From assembly GCA_964016885.1 (NCBI GenBank), contig OZ024740.1, forward strand, positions 333,002,001-333,066,000: a DNA stretch of 64,000 nt, written 5' to 3'. A model generated the notes under the pieces. The model was not told where the DNA came from. It saw only the letters and a list, made by a program, of their open reading frames with translations, and did not search any database. Position 1 is the stretch's first letter; every line of letters starts with the position of its first letter. This stretch comes from Eledone cirrhosa. Taxonomy: Eukaryota. Positions 41,714 to 57,076 of the stretch are shown piece after piece. Both the position numbers and the translations under genes were made by a program.

Positions 41714-42549
41714 GGGGTGGGTTGCTTATTTCTTTCTTTTTTCTTCTTTTTTCTTGTTCTTGTTTTGTTTGTCGGCCAACCGACACGTGTTACAGATCAC
41801 TCACGTCAGTTTCTTGTGAGTCCCATTGTTATCAAAAGTATTTTGTTAATAAAATTACATTTTTCTTGGTTTAACTGATCACTGTGTGAGCTGGTTATAT
41901 TTTTTCTCAACCTGTAGCGTTTAGGGGCTAAACGCGTTTGTATTCCAAATATGTCCCTAAATATTTTGAGAAATATTATGGTTGAGAACAATTTGTGCCC
42001 GCGAAACAGATCCTGGAAAACACAGAGAGCGCACCCACTACAAATACACACATACCTACAACATCTATCCGAACATCACCACAGCTGTCATCACAACCAC
42101 AATTACTAACAGTTATCGAATTGATTTCTAGAATATGCTAGTTTTGATAGGGAGAAATCGCACAATCATGCAGCATTTACATAGTTTCCCATTAAGTTAG
42201 CAGATACAGATAAGGTTAGGTGTCCACACCTACAAACTGTCGATACAGAGCGCACATTTGTGACCTGAGTTGTTTACGTAAATAGAACATGTAGAAAATG
42301 ACCCGGTTACTGTAAGCTTAAAGCGTCGTTCCCTGCATATAAATCCTACAGAAATTGGATTAGCACATTAATTAAATAACAGATGACGTGGAAAATAATC
42401 AACATAAAGTGTTGCTGCGTTCTTAATAGAGAAAAATCAATAGCATTTAATGAAATTGTAGCGATATGAAAAATAAAAAGGAGAGGGAATGAGTAAACGA
42501 AACTAGAAGAGGCCATAAGGTATGGCGGTGCAAGCGGCTTGCTACAAGA

Positions 42550-43900
42550 ATGTTACTAGAACAGTTTTGCAATGCAAATTACGATGGTTGCATTGTAAGG
42601 GATAATGCTCGATCACGAACAGACGAAAATATTCGATGGTGTCAAGAAGCAGAAATGTCCCGTAACACTAAATCCACAATTCATTTTTGATGGGGCGAGA
42701 TAGGTGTATTCTGTTCGATTGCACAAATCCTGGGGGGAATATGAGAGGAAGCAGATGGTAATGGTTTATAATTTCTACTTCGACGCCGTACCGGCAGATA
42801 CAGATGCTGCAAAATTCCTATAATAATTACCAAGTTACAGGAAGCCCTAAGCAACCTTACGAGATGCAATCGCTCGACTTTGAGGGTCTACATTACGAGT
42901 TATACGTAGAGATGCCAGACCTGTTCTCCGATGTTTTTGCAGATGTCTACTGCAACTGGCAGCAGATCGGGAGGATTTGTAATTCGGGAAGTAGTAAGGT
43001 TGATGAGGCAAGACGAGAACAAGAGGGACTTAATCGAAAATTCCGCCCCATAAATCTGCCCAACTTAGATTTTAATATTTTGGCCAAGGTAGTAGCAACG
43101 AAGATAATAGTTGCTATCATAGCTCTGATAGGGGAAGCGCAGATATGTGCAATCCAGACCTGGTCTATACAGGACTACCTCCACCTCATACGATCCCTCA
43201 TATAGAGGAAAGGAATTAAAACTGCCTTTGGTAAGTATCTTGTCAATTTGGATCCATTTAAATATTCTGATCAGGTCAACTATCGGTTCGCTAATTAGGG
43301 GTGGTCATCAAAGGTCTCGTCTTCAGAGGCTTCAATGTACAGTAGTATCAGCTTGGTAGACAGTGAAAATGGACACCTTCATATCATACACTTCGTCCGT
43401 CACGTGTGTTTTCTTTCCTCCCTTCTCTGTTTAGTATCTCGCGAGCAATGACAATGGAGGCTGAAGCAATTGGAGGAAATCCCACTCAAACCGATACGTG
43501 GAAGGATTGCCACGGCATATGCGGACAACGTCACCATTTTGGTGTCGAATACCTCGAAAATGGTGGTCGGTAATGTATTTGTGAAATACGAAGAATTAAC
43601 CTGTAGAAGTTGGTGCTATTGAATCTTGGCACATGGAGAGGCAAGTCCACTCCATTAAGCACGTCGGAGGGATCGGTTCAATTGTTCAGTTTTTGTTTCG
43701 TTCCATCAAATAAAAACTGGGCTAAGATAACGAGTTTGGTGGTCGCACTCAACGAGTAATGGGCTGAGAGGATGCTATCCTTGAAAGGTCGGACAAAGAT
43801 GGCGAACGCATACATAACTTTATCATATATTACCGCCTCAACATTATACCTCACCCCAGTTCCCACACCACAGGATTGATTACCTGTTGTTCCCCTTTGT
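42550..43900 (+). mobile_element. Degenerate L1/Tx1 LINE RT region (older relative of 23745-25815)
   Basis: GLHYELYVEMPDLF.DV.ADVYCNWQQ.GRI, FRPINLPNLDFNILAKV, AQICAI, AYADNVTI, WAERMLSLKGR. Confidence 0.85.
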
Positions 43901-45678
43901 TTAAACGAGTATATCCCCACTGAATGTTATTTTCGCTTGTTTTTCGGCCTTTGTGACCAATAAAGAAAGACTTATAATTATTTTAAACATCCTTTGAATT
44001 CACCTTCTTCCTAAAATGATGGCACATATCATACTGACACTTGAGGCAAATCCTGTTTATGCACATATTATACCATCAATTTTCATACAAATATTGCCAC
44101 AAGGTTTTAAACAACAGTTAACCTCTTTTCAAATGTCAGTACCAGTAGCTCTATTTTGTGTATCTCTTACAGAGATGGTATTCCAAATATTTTTCAGTTT
44201 CCCTTTTTATCATACTTTTTTGATTTAATCACAAGAGGAGAAAATTCGAGTCAATTAGAAAGCGATATAGTCAAGTTTCAGAAGGAAAACATAGTTTTCT
44301 TTGAGAGAAATTATAACTTTGTTCTCATCTGTTAGGACGAAAACGAGCCCACATATTTAGGAAAAACACAAATAGACAAAATACAATTGAAGAAAAATAT
44401 TTTTGAGAAATTCACAGGTGGCAATAGGAATAATTTAATTTGTTTCTGTCAAAATGATATGAAGATACAAACAGCATCAGCAACTGCGCGTCCTTGATAC
44501 AAAACTACAGACCTTGCTTCGCGATGGGTAAAGAAAATCACATCTCGCTTTGAGAAAGTGAGCAGATGACGAGGGACATTTTCGCCGGTCATAACCAGAA
44601 GTGACAAACCATAGCCATATCAAAATTATTAGGAAGTGGAATGTGTGAAATGATGACATAATGCTGGCCACAGAAGGAAAGATAGTAACAAATTAATTGA
44701 TTTACCTCTCTCCAAAATTACTGGATCTGTGCCTAAAATAGACAATATCAGTTTTTTTCCCATCATTGATAAACCTTTTAACCATTATATCTCATTCAAG
44801 TCTATTCCATCAATTTGAATACGTTGAATGTTAATGTTACTGCAGTGCACTTTGTAAAATATTCTTATAAAATATTTGAGTAAACTAACTTCTTTGAAAT
44901 ACTTATATTAACATAAATGTTTATATTGATATTCATACAGAGATAAACTTTGTACACATTGTTCTGAGTGTACTGAACATGCGTATGAATAATATGTACG
45001 AGAAGGCTGCTTTTATAATCACTGAAATAAGACTATAAAATATAGTTTCACGTGAATGCAATACATGTTACTCTATTATGCAATTTATGTATAATAGGAC
45101 TTCAGATTTTCATGAGCTGTCGTTTGTTGTAGCAGTTTTTCATCTATTTTAATGTGTCTGTTTACTGAATCAGACTGCCCTCTTAGTATAAAACCAAAAT
45201 CTGTTAAAAGCATTTATAATTTGAACACAACTCTTCACACCAATCATTCACCAGTCTTTTCAGTAATCATTATATCTTCAACCGGTACACTATAGTAAAT
45301 TAGATATCAATATACTTGTTGGCGTTTGGGATTAAATCTTGTGTATATCATTGTCTCTTTCTTTCAAAATGTTATCAAAAACAATGTGCAAATGAGTGTT
45401 ATTTTGTTCTCACACAATGCACACACAAGAAGCGATTGTATTATTTCATTGCCGTATATCAGAGATAATGATTATATTTTCTCTAAAATATCGTAATACA
45501 AACTGTTTAGTCAGCACCAACCGTAAAAAATCTTAAGCCTGAAAAGCTTAAGTGTATGGGCTTTACGTATACTGCAAGAAAGTTTTTTCAAGTGGATTCT
45601 CTGTAAAGAATACCTAAACACTTGGATTATAATTGTCCGTATAACACGTTATTAAATACACACATGCTAACACTCAAG

Positions 45679-45702
45679 TATATATATATATATATACAGG
45701 CA

Positions 45703-45787
<85 letters not shown>

Positions 45788-45790
45788 ATG

Positions 45791-45887
<97 letters not shown>

Positions 45888-45940
45888 ATATGTATATATA
45901 TATATATGTGTGTGTGTGTGTATATATATATATACATATA

Positions 45941-45972
<32 letters not shown>

Positions 45973-46035
45973 CAGTGTATATATATATACATGCATACAT
46001 ACGAAGGGCAGAGAGAGAGTGTGTGTGTGTGTATA
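45679..46035. repeat. (TA)n/(TG)n microsatellite
   Basis: Seen directly. Confidence 0.97.
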
Positions 46036-48318
46036 TGTCTATATTCTTTCATAGTTCATTGTTTCGCAGAACGTTCTGATAAATATTGAGCAAGTATAAA
46101 TTATCTCATAGTAATTTGTATCGTGAGATTTTCATTGAATATATTCTGGTCAAAAGTAAAGATAAATGTGTCATTGCGTAGATTTTTATGCAATGAAACG
46201 TTCGATCAAAGTAGCTATGTAAGTCAAAACCGATCAGGCATACCATAAATCAAATCTCAAGCAGATAAAAGGATTTAAACAAGGCAGCTCTTAGTGAAAG
46301 ATGGGAATTCTTTATTCGATATACGAATATTTTGTTCAAGCGGTTTAGAGAGAATTTGAAAACAAGATCGTGATACCAAACACAAAAATAAAAGCTGCCT
46401 CCATTAAAAGAGAAAAATGTTTATACCTGAGATCAAAACAAATAGTTGTAGAATTATAAACAAATAAGGAAATCTAAGATCAAGTTTCCTGAAAAGAAAG
46501 AAGCTGAGGCTATGAAAGAGCCAACATTGTGAAATAAATACTACACGAGTTGCATTATTTATATTTCTCTCGGGATATGAACGAACATGTTACTTTAAAG
46601 AATCATGATATTTGGTTAGAAAATGTACGAATTAATGGATGTTTGTAATCGGAATAGCTTAATGTTTTAGAGGATATAGGAGTCAAAAGAGACATATCGA
46701 TTCCATCGCAATGTTCCTATGTGGTGCTGTCAAGTTTTTCAACCACCTAAAATGTTTAAGTAGGAAATAGAAAATACATGACCATGTTATCGTAAATACT
46801 CATGGTCGTTACTTATTATGCGTATGCGTTGATGTTTGATTGCTGTAAAGATAGTGTATATATTCATTATAATACTTGTAACTTCTGTACCCACTTTCCG
46901 TGATAAAATCTAGAGATGAGATTAAGGCCTTCAGTGTATCATGCTTATCACGAACACTGAATAGATACTATATCTATACGATGCTGTTATATCCTGCGCT
47001 ACATTAGACATTTTTAAATCTAAATTTTTGAGCATAAGACATGTGATCGGATATATACAACCAGATTTATATATAACCACTCGTAATCTTGATTTAATAG
47101 ACGTAATTATTTGGTTTACATGTTTGAGAATTTCCCATATAACAGTAATTCAACTTGATTGTCGAATTGAAACAAATTGCTACAGTGTGGCAAAGCTGAA
47201 TCTTAATATTATTTATAATCTACCCGATGAAACGTTGCATGGGTTATTGAAGTCATTAGTTGCTTAATTACTAGCTGCACTTTACCCACTGATAAAAGGT
47301 ATGCTGTCATTGGAAAGAAATGCAGCCTATATTTCTGGCAGACGCAGAAGCCAAGGTAAAAAATACTGCACGTGTTCGGTCGGTAACATTTCCTGGTATC
47401 TAGTGAAGCGTAATCAATGTCCTCATGTAATCAATTCTCATAGTTTTTAGCTTAGTGCCAAAACAGAGTCTCTTTAATTATTGACCAGTTAAATGACATA
47501 CAAAATCAAACATTTACCATTTACATTTAATGATGAAAATTCAATAATGTTGTTACAATGTAAAGGATTGTTCTGTCAACAAATATTTATGTTCTACAAT
47601 TGTTATCTTCATGGTTATCGACGTGAGGCATATCGAAGCTGCATAGAAAATAATTTGAATTATTTTAGATGTTTTCACTCATGAATCCTCATTTTGTCGT
47701 TTGCAACTCACATCGTATGCATGGGATCAATCCAATAAAGTATATTTTCATATTCGTATGGAATCTCCATTCAAATCTCCATTCAAATTATAAATAAGAG
47801 CAATACCTGGTCTTCGATATGTAAGATATCCTCTTAAAAAAACATTATTAATTATTTTATTAAACTGTATTTGACTTATAATTATTAAAATTACCGACAA
47901 TAACAAATTAACAATAATAATAATATTAATATAATAATGGTCATGTTTACTAAAGTCCAATTGAGACTTTGATACAGTAAAATGTTTATGGTCCTGATGA
48001 GGCTGTGTATGCAATGTATTTTTCTATTGATGAAAATACTTGTAACTTTCTTGTAAATTATTCAATTTTATATTAACAGAACTGACTTTAGATTCTAACA
48101 GTGACTAATTTTAGCACTCTGGTTAAACTATACATTTTCCCGACACACATATGACTGTGAATGTGTGTCGACAGCGTGTGTACGTGTGTGCATTTCTGTG
48201 TCTCTGTAATTGCAGATTTTGTTGCATGTTCCTCTCTACATTTAAATATAAATGACCATTCTTGCATTCACAGGAAGAAATATAGCTACATTTCAGACAA
48301 TGACGCACAAAATTCACA

Positions 48319-48323
48319 TGTGT

Positions 48324-48380
<57 letters not shown>

Positions 48381-48443
48381 TGTGTGTGCGTGTGTGCGTG
48401 CGTGTGTGTGTGTGTGTGTGGGTGTGTGTGTGTGTATGTGTGT
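48319..48443. repeat. (TG)n microsatellite
   Basis: Seen directly. Confidence 0.97.
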
Positions 48444-49336
48444 CAACATTTGAATACATGTATTTGCTTCCGCTTTTGCCAAAGTACTCTTTTCTAAGTT
48501 CTACGATAATTTCTGTAGCAAATGGTTGTGTCATGATAAATTATAAATGATTGTTGCATCTTGTCATCACGTAAAAGAATCGTGGTTTTTTTTTTCTGTG
48601 AATCTTAAGAATTATAGATTATACATAATGATCTGTGGATCGTGTAACTCAGTTGATAATAGCTTTTCAAAGCGTACAGAAAATCTACTTTGACAATGTA
48701 TATTTATGATGTCAACGTGGCAGCACTAAGATGCTAGCTCTCTTTCACGACATTTTATGTGGTGTCGTTTCGTCATTCTTCATCCATTTATAACTACTGC
48801 CTTTTAACCCTGAATCACTATGATATCAGACACTATAATCTCACAGAAACGATTTTAAGAGATATGATTAAAGTTTAAATCATACATCATAATTGTAGAT
48901 GAAAACATCAAACTTCAATGGTTAATAAAAGCATTTACACTATTTATAATGATTTAATGTTCCACAACATAGTAATATTTCATATAATTTTCATTTACGT
49001 AGTCTCATTTGTGGGATAGAACACAGATCTATATTTATACACCGTGAATTAAATGGCAACATATATATTAATGATGAGTATGTAATTCTCAATCAAAGTG
49101 ACGTTCATTATTAATCTATTTTTCTTAATTGAACACACAATTAAGGAGAACTATGAACTTCAAATGCACCAATGTCTAAATAGTGAAATGTAATGGAGAC
49201 AGTTATTAAGGTATGGAAAAATTGCATATGATGCTAGGAAAACATAAACGCATTTACACACACATCATGTTTATATGTATAAATATATACATGTATGCGT
49301 TTACGTGTTATGTATATATATGTATATATATATATT

Positions 49337-49367
<31 letters not shown>

Positions 49368-49431
49368 TATATATATATATATATATATAAATATATAAAT
49401 ATATAAATATATATATATATATGTGTGTGTG

Positions 49432-49482
<51 letters not shown>

Positions 49483-50096
49483 AAAAAATGGGGAGAAGAA
49501 TACTGCAGGTTGCACATGGATAACATGTAATAAAATAAGTCCCTCATTTGCCGACGATCATAGATATTTCATTGCATTAAAAATCATATACCTCACGTCG
49601 GTGCAATAATAACTAAATTAAGTTATTAGGACAATTAAAACGCGTAAAGCGAGTGAGACAAGATAACAACAAAGAGGATAGCTAACCGTAGAAGGAAGGG
49701 AACAAGCTTCATAGTTATTCTGTTAGCATAAGCTAGGTGAATATATGAGCGCTTAGAAAAAAGACCTTTCAGGAACGAATTCAAATGTGAGAAAGAGAGA
49801 AAATGTTTTCGTCGCGAACGCGGTGAAGTGAGAAGAGGAGAAACAGTGAGTGAGTGAGTGGAAGTGTGAGGAAGAGTTATATAATTGCACTCGAATGTGT
49901 TATAATAAACAGACACTCTCCATGTACTCATGCAAACGCAACACATATATCTACGTGGATATACCCAGCAGATACATATCGCACAGGATAAATTAAAACC
50001 AATTAATTACTTCAAATCCATCCATACCTCAATATTCCAAGCTTAATATTAACCAGCCTAGCCCTATTATTTATATGAGGCCGGAGGCCATAAACT

Positions 50097-50164
<68 letters not shown>

Positions 50165-50300
50165 AGTATATGTGGTTGTTTACCGACACCTAAGTATGCA
50201 GATTGGAGCACTCGACGAAGTGCGCAGGTTGGTTTAGTTATTCAGGAGTAATGTAAAATAAAATAAATAAGTCAAATATTAAAATTTGGCCTCGTTTATT

Positions 50301-50354
50301 ACTGCTTTATATATTTCGGTGACATCCACTTTGGCTGTGACCTCTTCAGGCAGT
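50301..50354 (-). ncRNA. Minimal type I hammerhead ribozyme motif (PLE pseudo-LTR type)
   Basis: Minus strand: ACTGC-CTGAAGA-GGTCACA..TGTCACC-GAAA-TATATA-AA-GCAGT. Stem I ACTGC/GCAGT, palindromic stem III, AATAAA just downstream. Two unpaired nt follow the cleavage site. Confidence 0.6.
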
Positions 50355-50759
50355 CTGAATTGGTGTGGTAGAGACGGGTGCACATGTTGTTGAGGTATTT
50401 AACTCCGTCAATACTCCGATATGCCCAGTTCCTGGTTGGCTTGTTATTTCTCTGAGGAACTGGAATCAAATGAATTCGAACAAACGAATTTCACCGTCAA
50501 AGGACACCCTCTCCTCCCATTGGTCAGTTGTGAGAACATTCCTCAGCCAAAAGTCTATAGAAATTCTTTCTGAGGCGAGGCAATCTGTAGTGGTTGTTTT
50601 TGTTAAGTACTGCTGACCGCCTCCCTTATGTTGTTAGTGGTATGTTGTTGGGGTCAGCTTAAGTCCGGCTGCTGCAATTTTTAGAAGAATTTGTGTGCGT
50701 GTTGGCAACTATCCTGCCACCATTTCTCGTGGGTTGCTGGTGGTGTTCGCGGTGTCATG

Positions 50760-51500
50760 CCAAGAAAATGAAGAAATAAGATAAAGTAAAATGGGGTAAT
50801 ACAAGAATATAAGGCAATAAAATGAAGAAAATAAAAAAATAAAAAAATGAAGAGAAAAATAAAACGAAAAGGTAAAAAACTAAAAAAATAAAAGAATAAA
50901 ATAAAGAAATAAAAAAGTAAAATAGAATAAAATATAATAAAATAAAATAAAATAAAATAAAATAAAAAAATAAATAAACAAAAAAATAATAAAATAGTAA
51001 AAGGAATATGATAATAAAAGAATAAAATCAGATAATCAAATAAAATGCTTGTGTATTATAACCAATCTCAAAGTTTGAAAGATTTGGAAGATATTGACCG
51101 AAGTAGAAAGGCTGTGTGTCAGAATTAAAAAGTGCAAAGGATCACAATCTTTACACTATCATGGTGTGTTTTAAGAGCAAATGAGAAAAGGTGGAGTGAA
51201 AAACACCAGAACCCGAGTGTTAAAATCCTGAAACAAAATAATTAAATAAAGAAAAAAAGAGTAAAATAAAATAAAATAAAATAAAATAAAATAAAATAAA
51301 AAGAATAAAATAAAATAAATAAAATAAAATGCGTGTGTGTTATAACCAATCTCAAAGTTTGAAAGATTTCGAAGATATTGACCGAAGTAGAAAGGCTGTG
51401 CCAGAACCAATCTTTACACTATCATGGTGTCGTGCGTTTTAAGAGCAGATGAGACAAGGGTGGAGTGTAGAAGCCCAGAACCCCAGTGTTAAAATCCGGA
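50760..51500. repeat. (AAAAT)n tracts plus a ~180-bp tandem duplication (51038-51230 / 51322-51498)
   Basis: Direct repeat of AAATGC..TATAACCAATCTCAAAGTTTGAAAGATTT..GTGTTAAAATCC. Confidence 0.85.
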
Positions 51501-51719
51501 AATGCAGAGGACTACAGTTCCCATTTTGGCATAGAGCACATATGCGTGTATGTCAACTCACATCGTTCCAAGCACACACGCACAGGCACAGGCCCAGGTG
51601 CATCCCCTAAGCACACACCCACACACACGCAGACACACACACACACATGTAAGTATCTGTGCATGTACAATCTTAAATAACAGTATCTATGTATGGACAT
51701 ATGCATAAGTATGTGTTGT

Positions 51720-54610
51720 CACAAGAGTCGATCGAGGCAGGGGTAGGGTGTGGTGGGGCTGCTGTCCTTATAGCTAGAGGGAAGTTCCCATCCCAATGTT
51801 TTGTTATTGTCCATATAGCTTGAGGAAGGTCCCAGCCCTCAGGTGTCTACATGTTCCGAAGAAATCAGGCCTGAGTTTTATCAGGCTGCTTCCACCTCTT
51901 AGTATCTCGAGGCTCTCGCTCAGACATAGTTTGCAGATGCCAGATCCCCCTTATCAGGTGGTATTTTTCTGATTATGGACCAGGCCAAAGAGTACGGGGT
52001 CCTGTCCATTTTGAGCTTCCAGATCAGTTCGGAAAGAGCCGTACTTTTCCTTTTGTCCTCCCTATTCAAGGAATGGCGATGGTTATAGCATCGGTCTTTA
52101 AAGCTCGTTGATGTGCCTCCTATGTAAAGGTGTTCAGAGTTGGGGTTTTTTGCCCTACATCCGTATATTAGGTACTTCCTAAGGCATTCATTACTAAGGG
52201 GGCATAATTCTGGGTTTCTGCAGTTGCAGGAGGTGGTCGACCTCCGCGTGCCTAGTGTGGGGTTCCCGTTGCGTGTTATATGATGTCTTCCCCCGTGCCC
52301 GGAACCCTCTCCACAACAGGCTAATAGATGATTTCAAAAATGATATGATTAACATAATCTCCAACATCAAATTCTGCGGAATCCCACCCATAAGTGAGGA
52401 GTACCTCAGACACCTGGGAAACGGGATTACAATACTTAAAGAGACAACTGGAATAATTGTCCATGCCGACAAATCCAACAACATCTACAACATGGACATT
52501 AAACTGTATAATAAGGTAATTCTCAGGGAACTGAGGAAATGCTACAAAAAACACCTGGATTTACCCTGGATGAGATCAACGCCACAGCTTACAGGAATAT
52601 ATCCGGACTCGGCATAGAGGACAGGAAGGCCCTATACCAACCAAGGGTGCCGCGGATTACCCTTAAAGATCACAAGCCAAACTTTGAGTCCGACATCCCT
52701 GTTAGATTAATAGCCCCCTCCAGATCAGACATAGGGATCGTCAGTAAAAGCATACTAGATAGGGTTTTGCCCAAGCTTCGGAAAAAAACTAGATTACAGC
52801 AATGGTCATGCACGGGAGAGGTAATAGAATGGTTTAAGATACTACAAGGGAAAAGTAGGACCAGCTTTATCCAACTGGATATCGCAGACTACTACTCGTC
52901 AATCTCGCCCATAGTACTCAATAAGGCCCTGTTTTTAGCGATGCCCAATACGAACCTAACCCGAGAGGAGGTGCGCATCATGCACGCCGCCCGAAAGACA
53001 TTGATCCGTTTCGATGGAGACCTTTGGACCAGATATGATTGTCTAAATAATTTGACATCACGATGGGCTCTAGCGACTCCGCACAGGTAACGGACCTGGT
53101 TGGGCTCTGTCTGCTGAAGCAGATAAAAGAAGAAATCCCCAGCCTGGGCGGCGGATTGTATCGTAACGATGCTCTCCTCACAGTCTATGACCACAGCACC
53201 ACTATGGTGGAGAGAATGAATAGGCGTATTTGGAATTTCTTTCAGAACCAGGGCCTCAGTATCGAACTAGACCCAAATAGAAAGGTAGTTAACTTCCTAG
53301 CCACCACTCTAAACCAGAACACCGAGCAATACTACCCCTACCACAAGCACAACGAGAAACTTTTATATGTTAACGCCAAGTCAAACCACCCTAGATCCAT
53401 AACTAAGGCCGTGGTGAAGAGTGTCTCAGACAGGATCTCCAGTCTGTCCTCAAATAAGGAAATCTTCGACACCACGCAGAATATTACAACGCAGCTCTAA
53501 ATAAGGCGGCACATGACCAAAATATATCATATAATCCGAGGCGCCAAGATGCGGATGGCCCATCGGACACACCCACCCACGGTGTCCGGGAGGCGGCGAA
53601 CCCTAACAATACAGGCAGAATGGTAACAACTAAACACTATGAGCCCGGCACCACTACATGGGCGAGGGGGCCGAGTACACATAACCAAGGGAGGAAACCC
53701 AATACGAGTAGCGGTCTCAGGGGTGACACTAACCAGCCTGGGCCCGACGCCGCCAACCGCAAGACACGTGGAGGGATGATGGGGGACCATCCCATTGTAG
53801 AGCTCCCAGCGCGGGCAACAACCACCCCACAGATTCGGGCCGAGAAGGTGGTGAAACACATAGCGCCCAAAGGGGAGGCTACAATGCGGGAATCACTAGC
53901 AAGCCAACAACTCCCCAACAGCCCACGGCACGCTCAAGCCACCCACGTAGGAGTAGACGTAGAAAAATCACGTGGTACAACCCACTCTACTCAGCGGCCC
54001 TAAAGAACATCTTGGCCGCTCATTCTTTACAACACTAGATAAATGCTCCCCGAGGGAACATAGATACCACAATATCTTCAACAGACACACTGTGAAGCTC
54101 TCGTTTTCTACCACGAGAAATGTGGCCCAGCACATAGCTAGCATCAACGGGAGTAGACTTAAAAACCACACACAACCAGAAGCTGGCAATATAAACACCC
54201 ATCAGAACCATGTGGAAGGAAAGAAGGGTGGACCCAGTGCCCACCCTGGAAACCCAAACAGACCTAGGGACCCCCCACCGGGCCTTGGGGAAGACCACCA
54301 TATAAAACGTAACGGGAACCCCACACTAGGCACGCGGAGGTCGACCACCTCCTGCAACTGCAGAAACCCTGAATTATTCCCCCTTAGTAATGAATGCCTT
54401 AGGAAGAACCTAATATACGGATGTAGAGTAAAAAATCCCAACTCTGAACAACTTTACATAGGAGCCACATCAACGAGCTTTAAAGACCGATGCTATAACC
54501 ATCGCCATTCCTTCAATATGTAGGACAAAAGGAAAAGTACGGCTCTTTCCGAACTGATCTGGTAGCTCAAGCTGGACAGGACCCCGTACTCTCTGGCCTG
54601 GGCCAATTCA
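51720..54610 (+). mobile_element. Penelope-like element (Hydra-clade-like): inverted 3' copy 51720-52302 plus frameshifted RT/GIY-YIG body 52303-54610
   Basis: ADKSNNIY, ITLKDHKPNF, VRLIAP, FIQLDIADYYSSI, MGSSDSAQVTDLVGL, GLYRNDAL, VNFL, SNHP, CNCR..CPL..EC, LYIGAT..FK.R.YNH. The inverted copy mirrors 54278-54605 and continues CKLCLSE..CRH to a stop. An inverted 3' copy is a typical PLE structure. Confidence 0.9.
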
Positions 54611-54711
54611 CATGACCTCGGCTGGTTTGGCTGGAACTGGTAAAAGAGATGTATGTATATATATTTATATATGTATATATATATATATATATATATGTAC
54701 AAAATATATAT

Positions 54712-55015
<304 letters not shown>

Positions 55016-55031
55016 TATATATATATATATT

Positions 55032-55596
55032 TGTGTTTTTCCATACAGGAATTTCAAACCACTAGCGTGAAGAAAATATAATCTGCTAGAGGCATTGGTA
55101 AACATTAAAATTAAAAGTATAAATTGAAATGAGAAACCATCCTCACCTAAATCACACATGTACACACTCACCAGGAGCATGTTTCGCCAGTTTAGTGGGT
55201 TCCAATACGGCCCGGTGGGTTATAAGTATGTGGAAGGTCGATATTGTCCGCACTACTAGAGAGAACTAAAATAAACCACCCTTCGCACGTGTAGACATAA
55301 GAGAAATGCGTGCGCGGGGCAGTAACCGGTGGCATGAACAGAACAAGCTGCTAGAAATGGCAGCCTAGTAGTGCGGACAATATCGGCCTTCCACATGCTG
55401 ATGACCCACCGGGCCGTTTTGGAACCCACTAAAATAGCGAAACATGCTCCTGGTGAATGTGTACATGTGTGATTTAGGTGGGGATGGTTTCTGATTTCAA
55501 TTTATATTTTTAATGTTAATGTTTTACCAATTCCTCTAGTAGCTTATATTCTCTTCACCCTGGTGGTTTGAAATTCCTGTAAAGAAAAACACTCTC
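55032..55596. mobile_element. Self-inverted HHR-bearing repeat (arms ~55032-55259 / 55365-55596); inverted copy of 57880-58445
   Basis: ~230-bp inverted arms around a ~105-bp core. HHR motif in the right arm. Confidence 0.85.
55392..55469 (+). ncRNA. Type I hammerhead motif (508-nt-unit family)
   Basis: CACATG-CTGATGA-..-GAAA-CATGCTC..TGTGTA-CATGTG. Stems II and III carry substitutions relative to the 58242 copy. Confidence 0.55.
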
Positions 55597-55631
55597 TTTA
55601 TATTTCCCCTTTATATATTTCCCCTTTATAT

Positions 55632-55733
<102 letters not shown>

Positions 55734-55842
55734 TATATATATATATTTATATATATATATAGAGAGAGAGATAGATATAGATATAGATATATAAGTATAA
55801 AAATATATATATATATATTTTTTTTATACATATATACCTATA

Positions 55843-55912
<70 letters not shown>

Positions 55913-56190
55913 CGAAATTCCTTCCTTGCTCACATTTCAACCAGGTTTGATGGTCTTTATTCTCTCGTTCACGATTTCACCGAAATTAAATTCATAGAAA
56001 TCTGGGACTTGTCTCCTTATTCCTCACTTTCTGTTGCCTCACCATTTTGTTTGTTTACCCTCGCGTCCCCTTTATTTACGTGTCCCAACGACTTTTTTTA
56101 GCCGTTGCTCGCACCAACCGGGGGCATATGGTCTTTAAAGCGATGAAATGCCTATGATAGTTGGAAGATCACTGATGAAGGACAAACTTT

Positions 56191-56280
<90 letters not shown>

Positions 56281-56493
56281 CGTTTCTGAATTTGTTTAGC
56301 AAGATTCTTTATCTGAAATCGTGTGTTGAAACCGATATTGTTATACTTTGGGAGGGTCATGTTGCCAATAAGAAACACACGCACCAGTTGCTTTCACTTC
56401 AATTTAATTTAATATATATTTATAAATTTACAAATTTATAAATTTCTGGTTGGTTGGTTGGTTCCACAACCAGATAGTTGTTTATATATATAT

Positions 56494-56538
56494 AGTCATA
56501 GTTCTTTCGTCACACACTCTGTGACCTCTTCAGTGACT
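56494..56538 (-). ncRNA. Minimal type I hammerhead motif (mirror of 57620-57664)
   Basis: Reverse complement of the right-arm motif. Confidence 0.65.
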
Positions 56539-57076
56539 GGCGATTTCTTTCTTCGTTTCTGTGCCTTTCCTTTCTTCTATCCTACGCCATTTTGTTTGTG
56601 TGTGGGTTGCGTGCTCAGTTTGCGCATGCGCCACATCCGGGTGTCTGTGTGTGTTTGTGTTCATTTTTCTATTTTTCTATTTATATTTGTTTGTTTATTT
56701 ATTTATTTATTGTTGGTTGGTTGTTTGTTCTATGTGTGTGTGTGTTTTCATTTTGTCTTGTGTGTGTTTTCATTTTGTGTGTGTTTTCAATTGTAAGTTG
56801 TTTGTTCTATGTGTGTGTGTGTTTTCATTTTGTCCTTAATTGTAAGTTGTGATGTTGCTGTTTCACTCATATTTTCTATTTAATTTTGGTTTTAATTCTT
56901 TTATGCTTACTGCCTCTGTAATTTGCCTAAACATTGCGTCTTTCTTGTGTGTGGATTCTATTTTTATTTCTATGCTCTCTAATTTACCCCTGTGTTCTAT
57001 CTTAGCATGTTGGTAGAGCACAGATGATTCTTTACTATCTTGGAGGTCTCGCCAGTGTTCATTTATTCGTTCCCCT

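Noticed and set aside
44280-47700. Non-repetitive stretches possibly hiding genes or old TEs
   Set aside because: No recognisable motifs in any frame. Cannot be supported without searches.
56165-56195. CTGATGAAGGAC hammerhead start (a similar partial motif lies at ~23680)
   Set aside because: Truncated by (TA)n or degenerate, and no GAAA/NUH partner could be placed.
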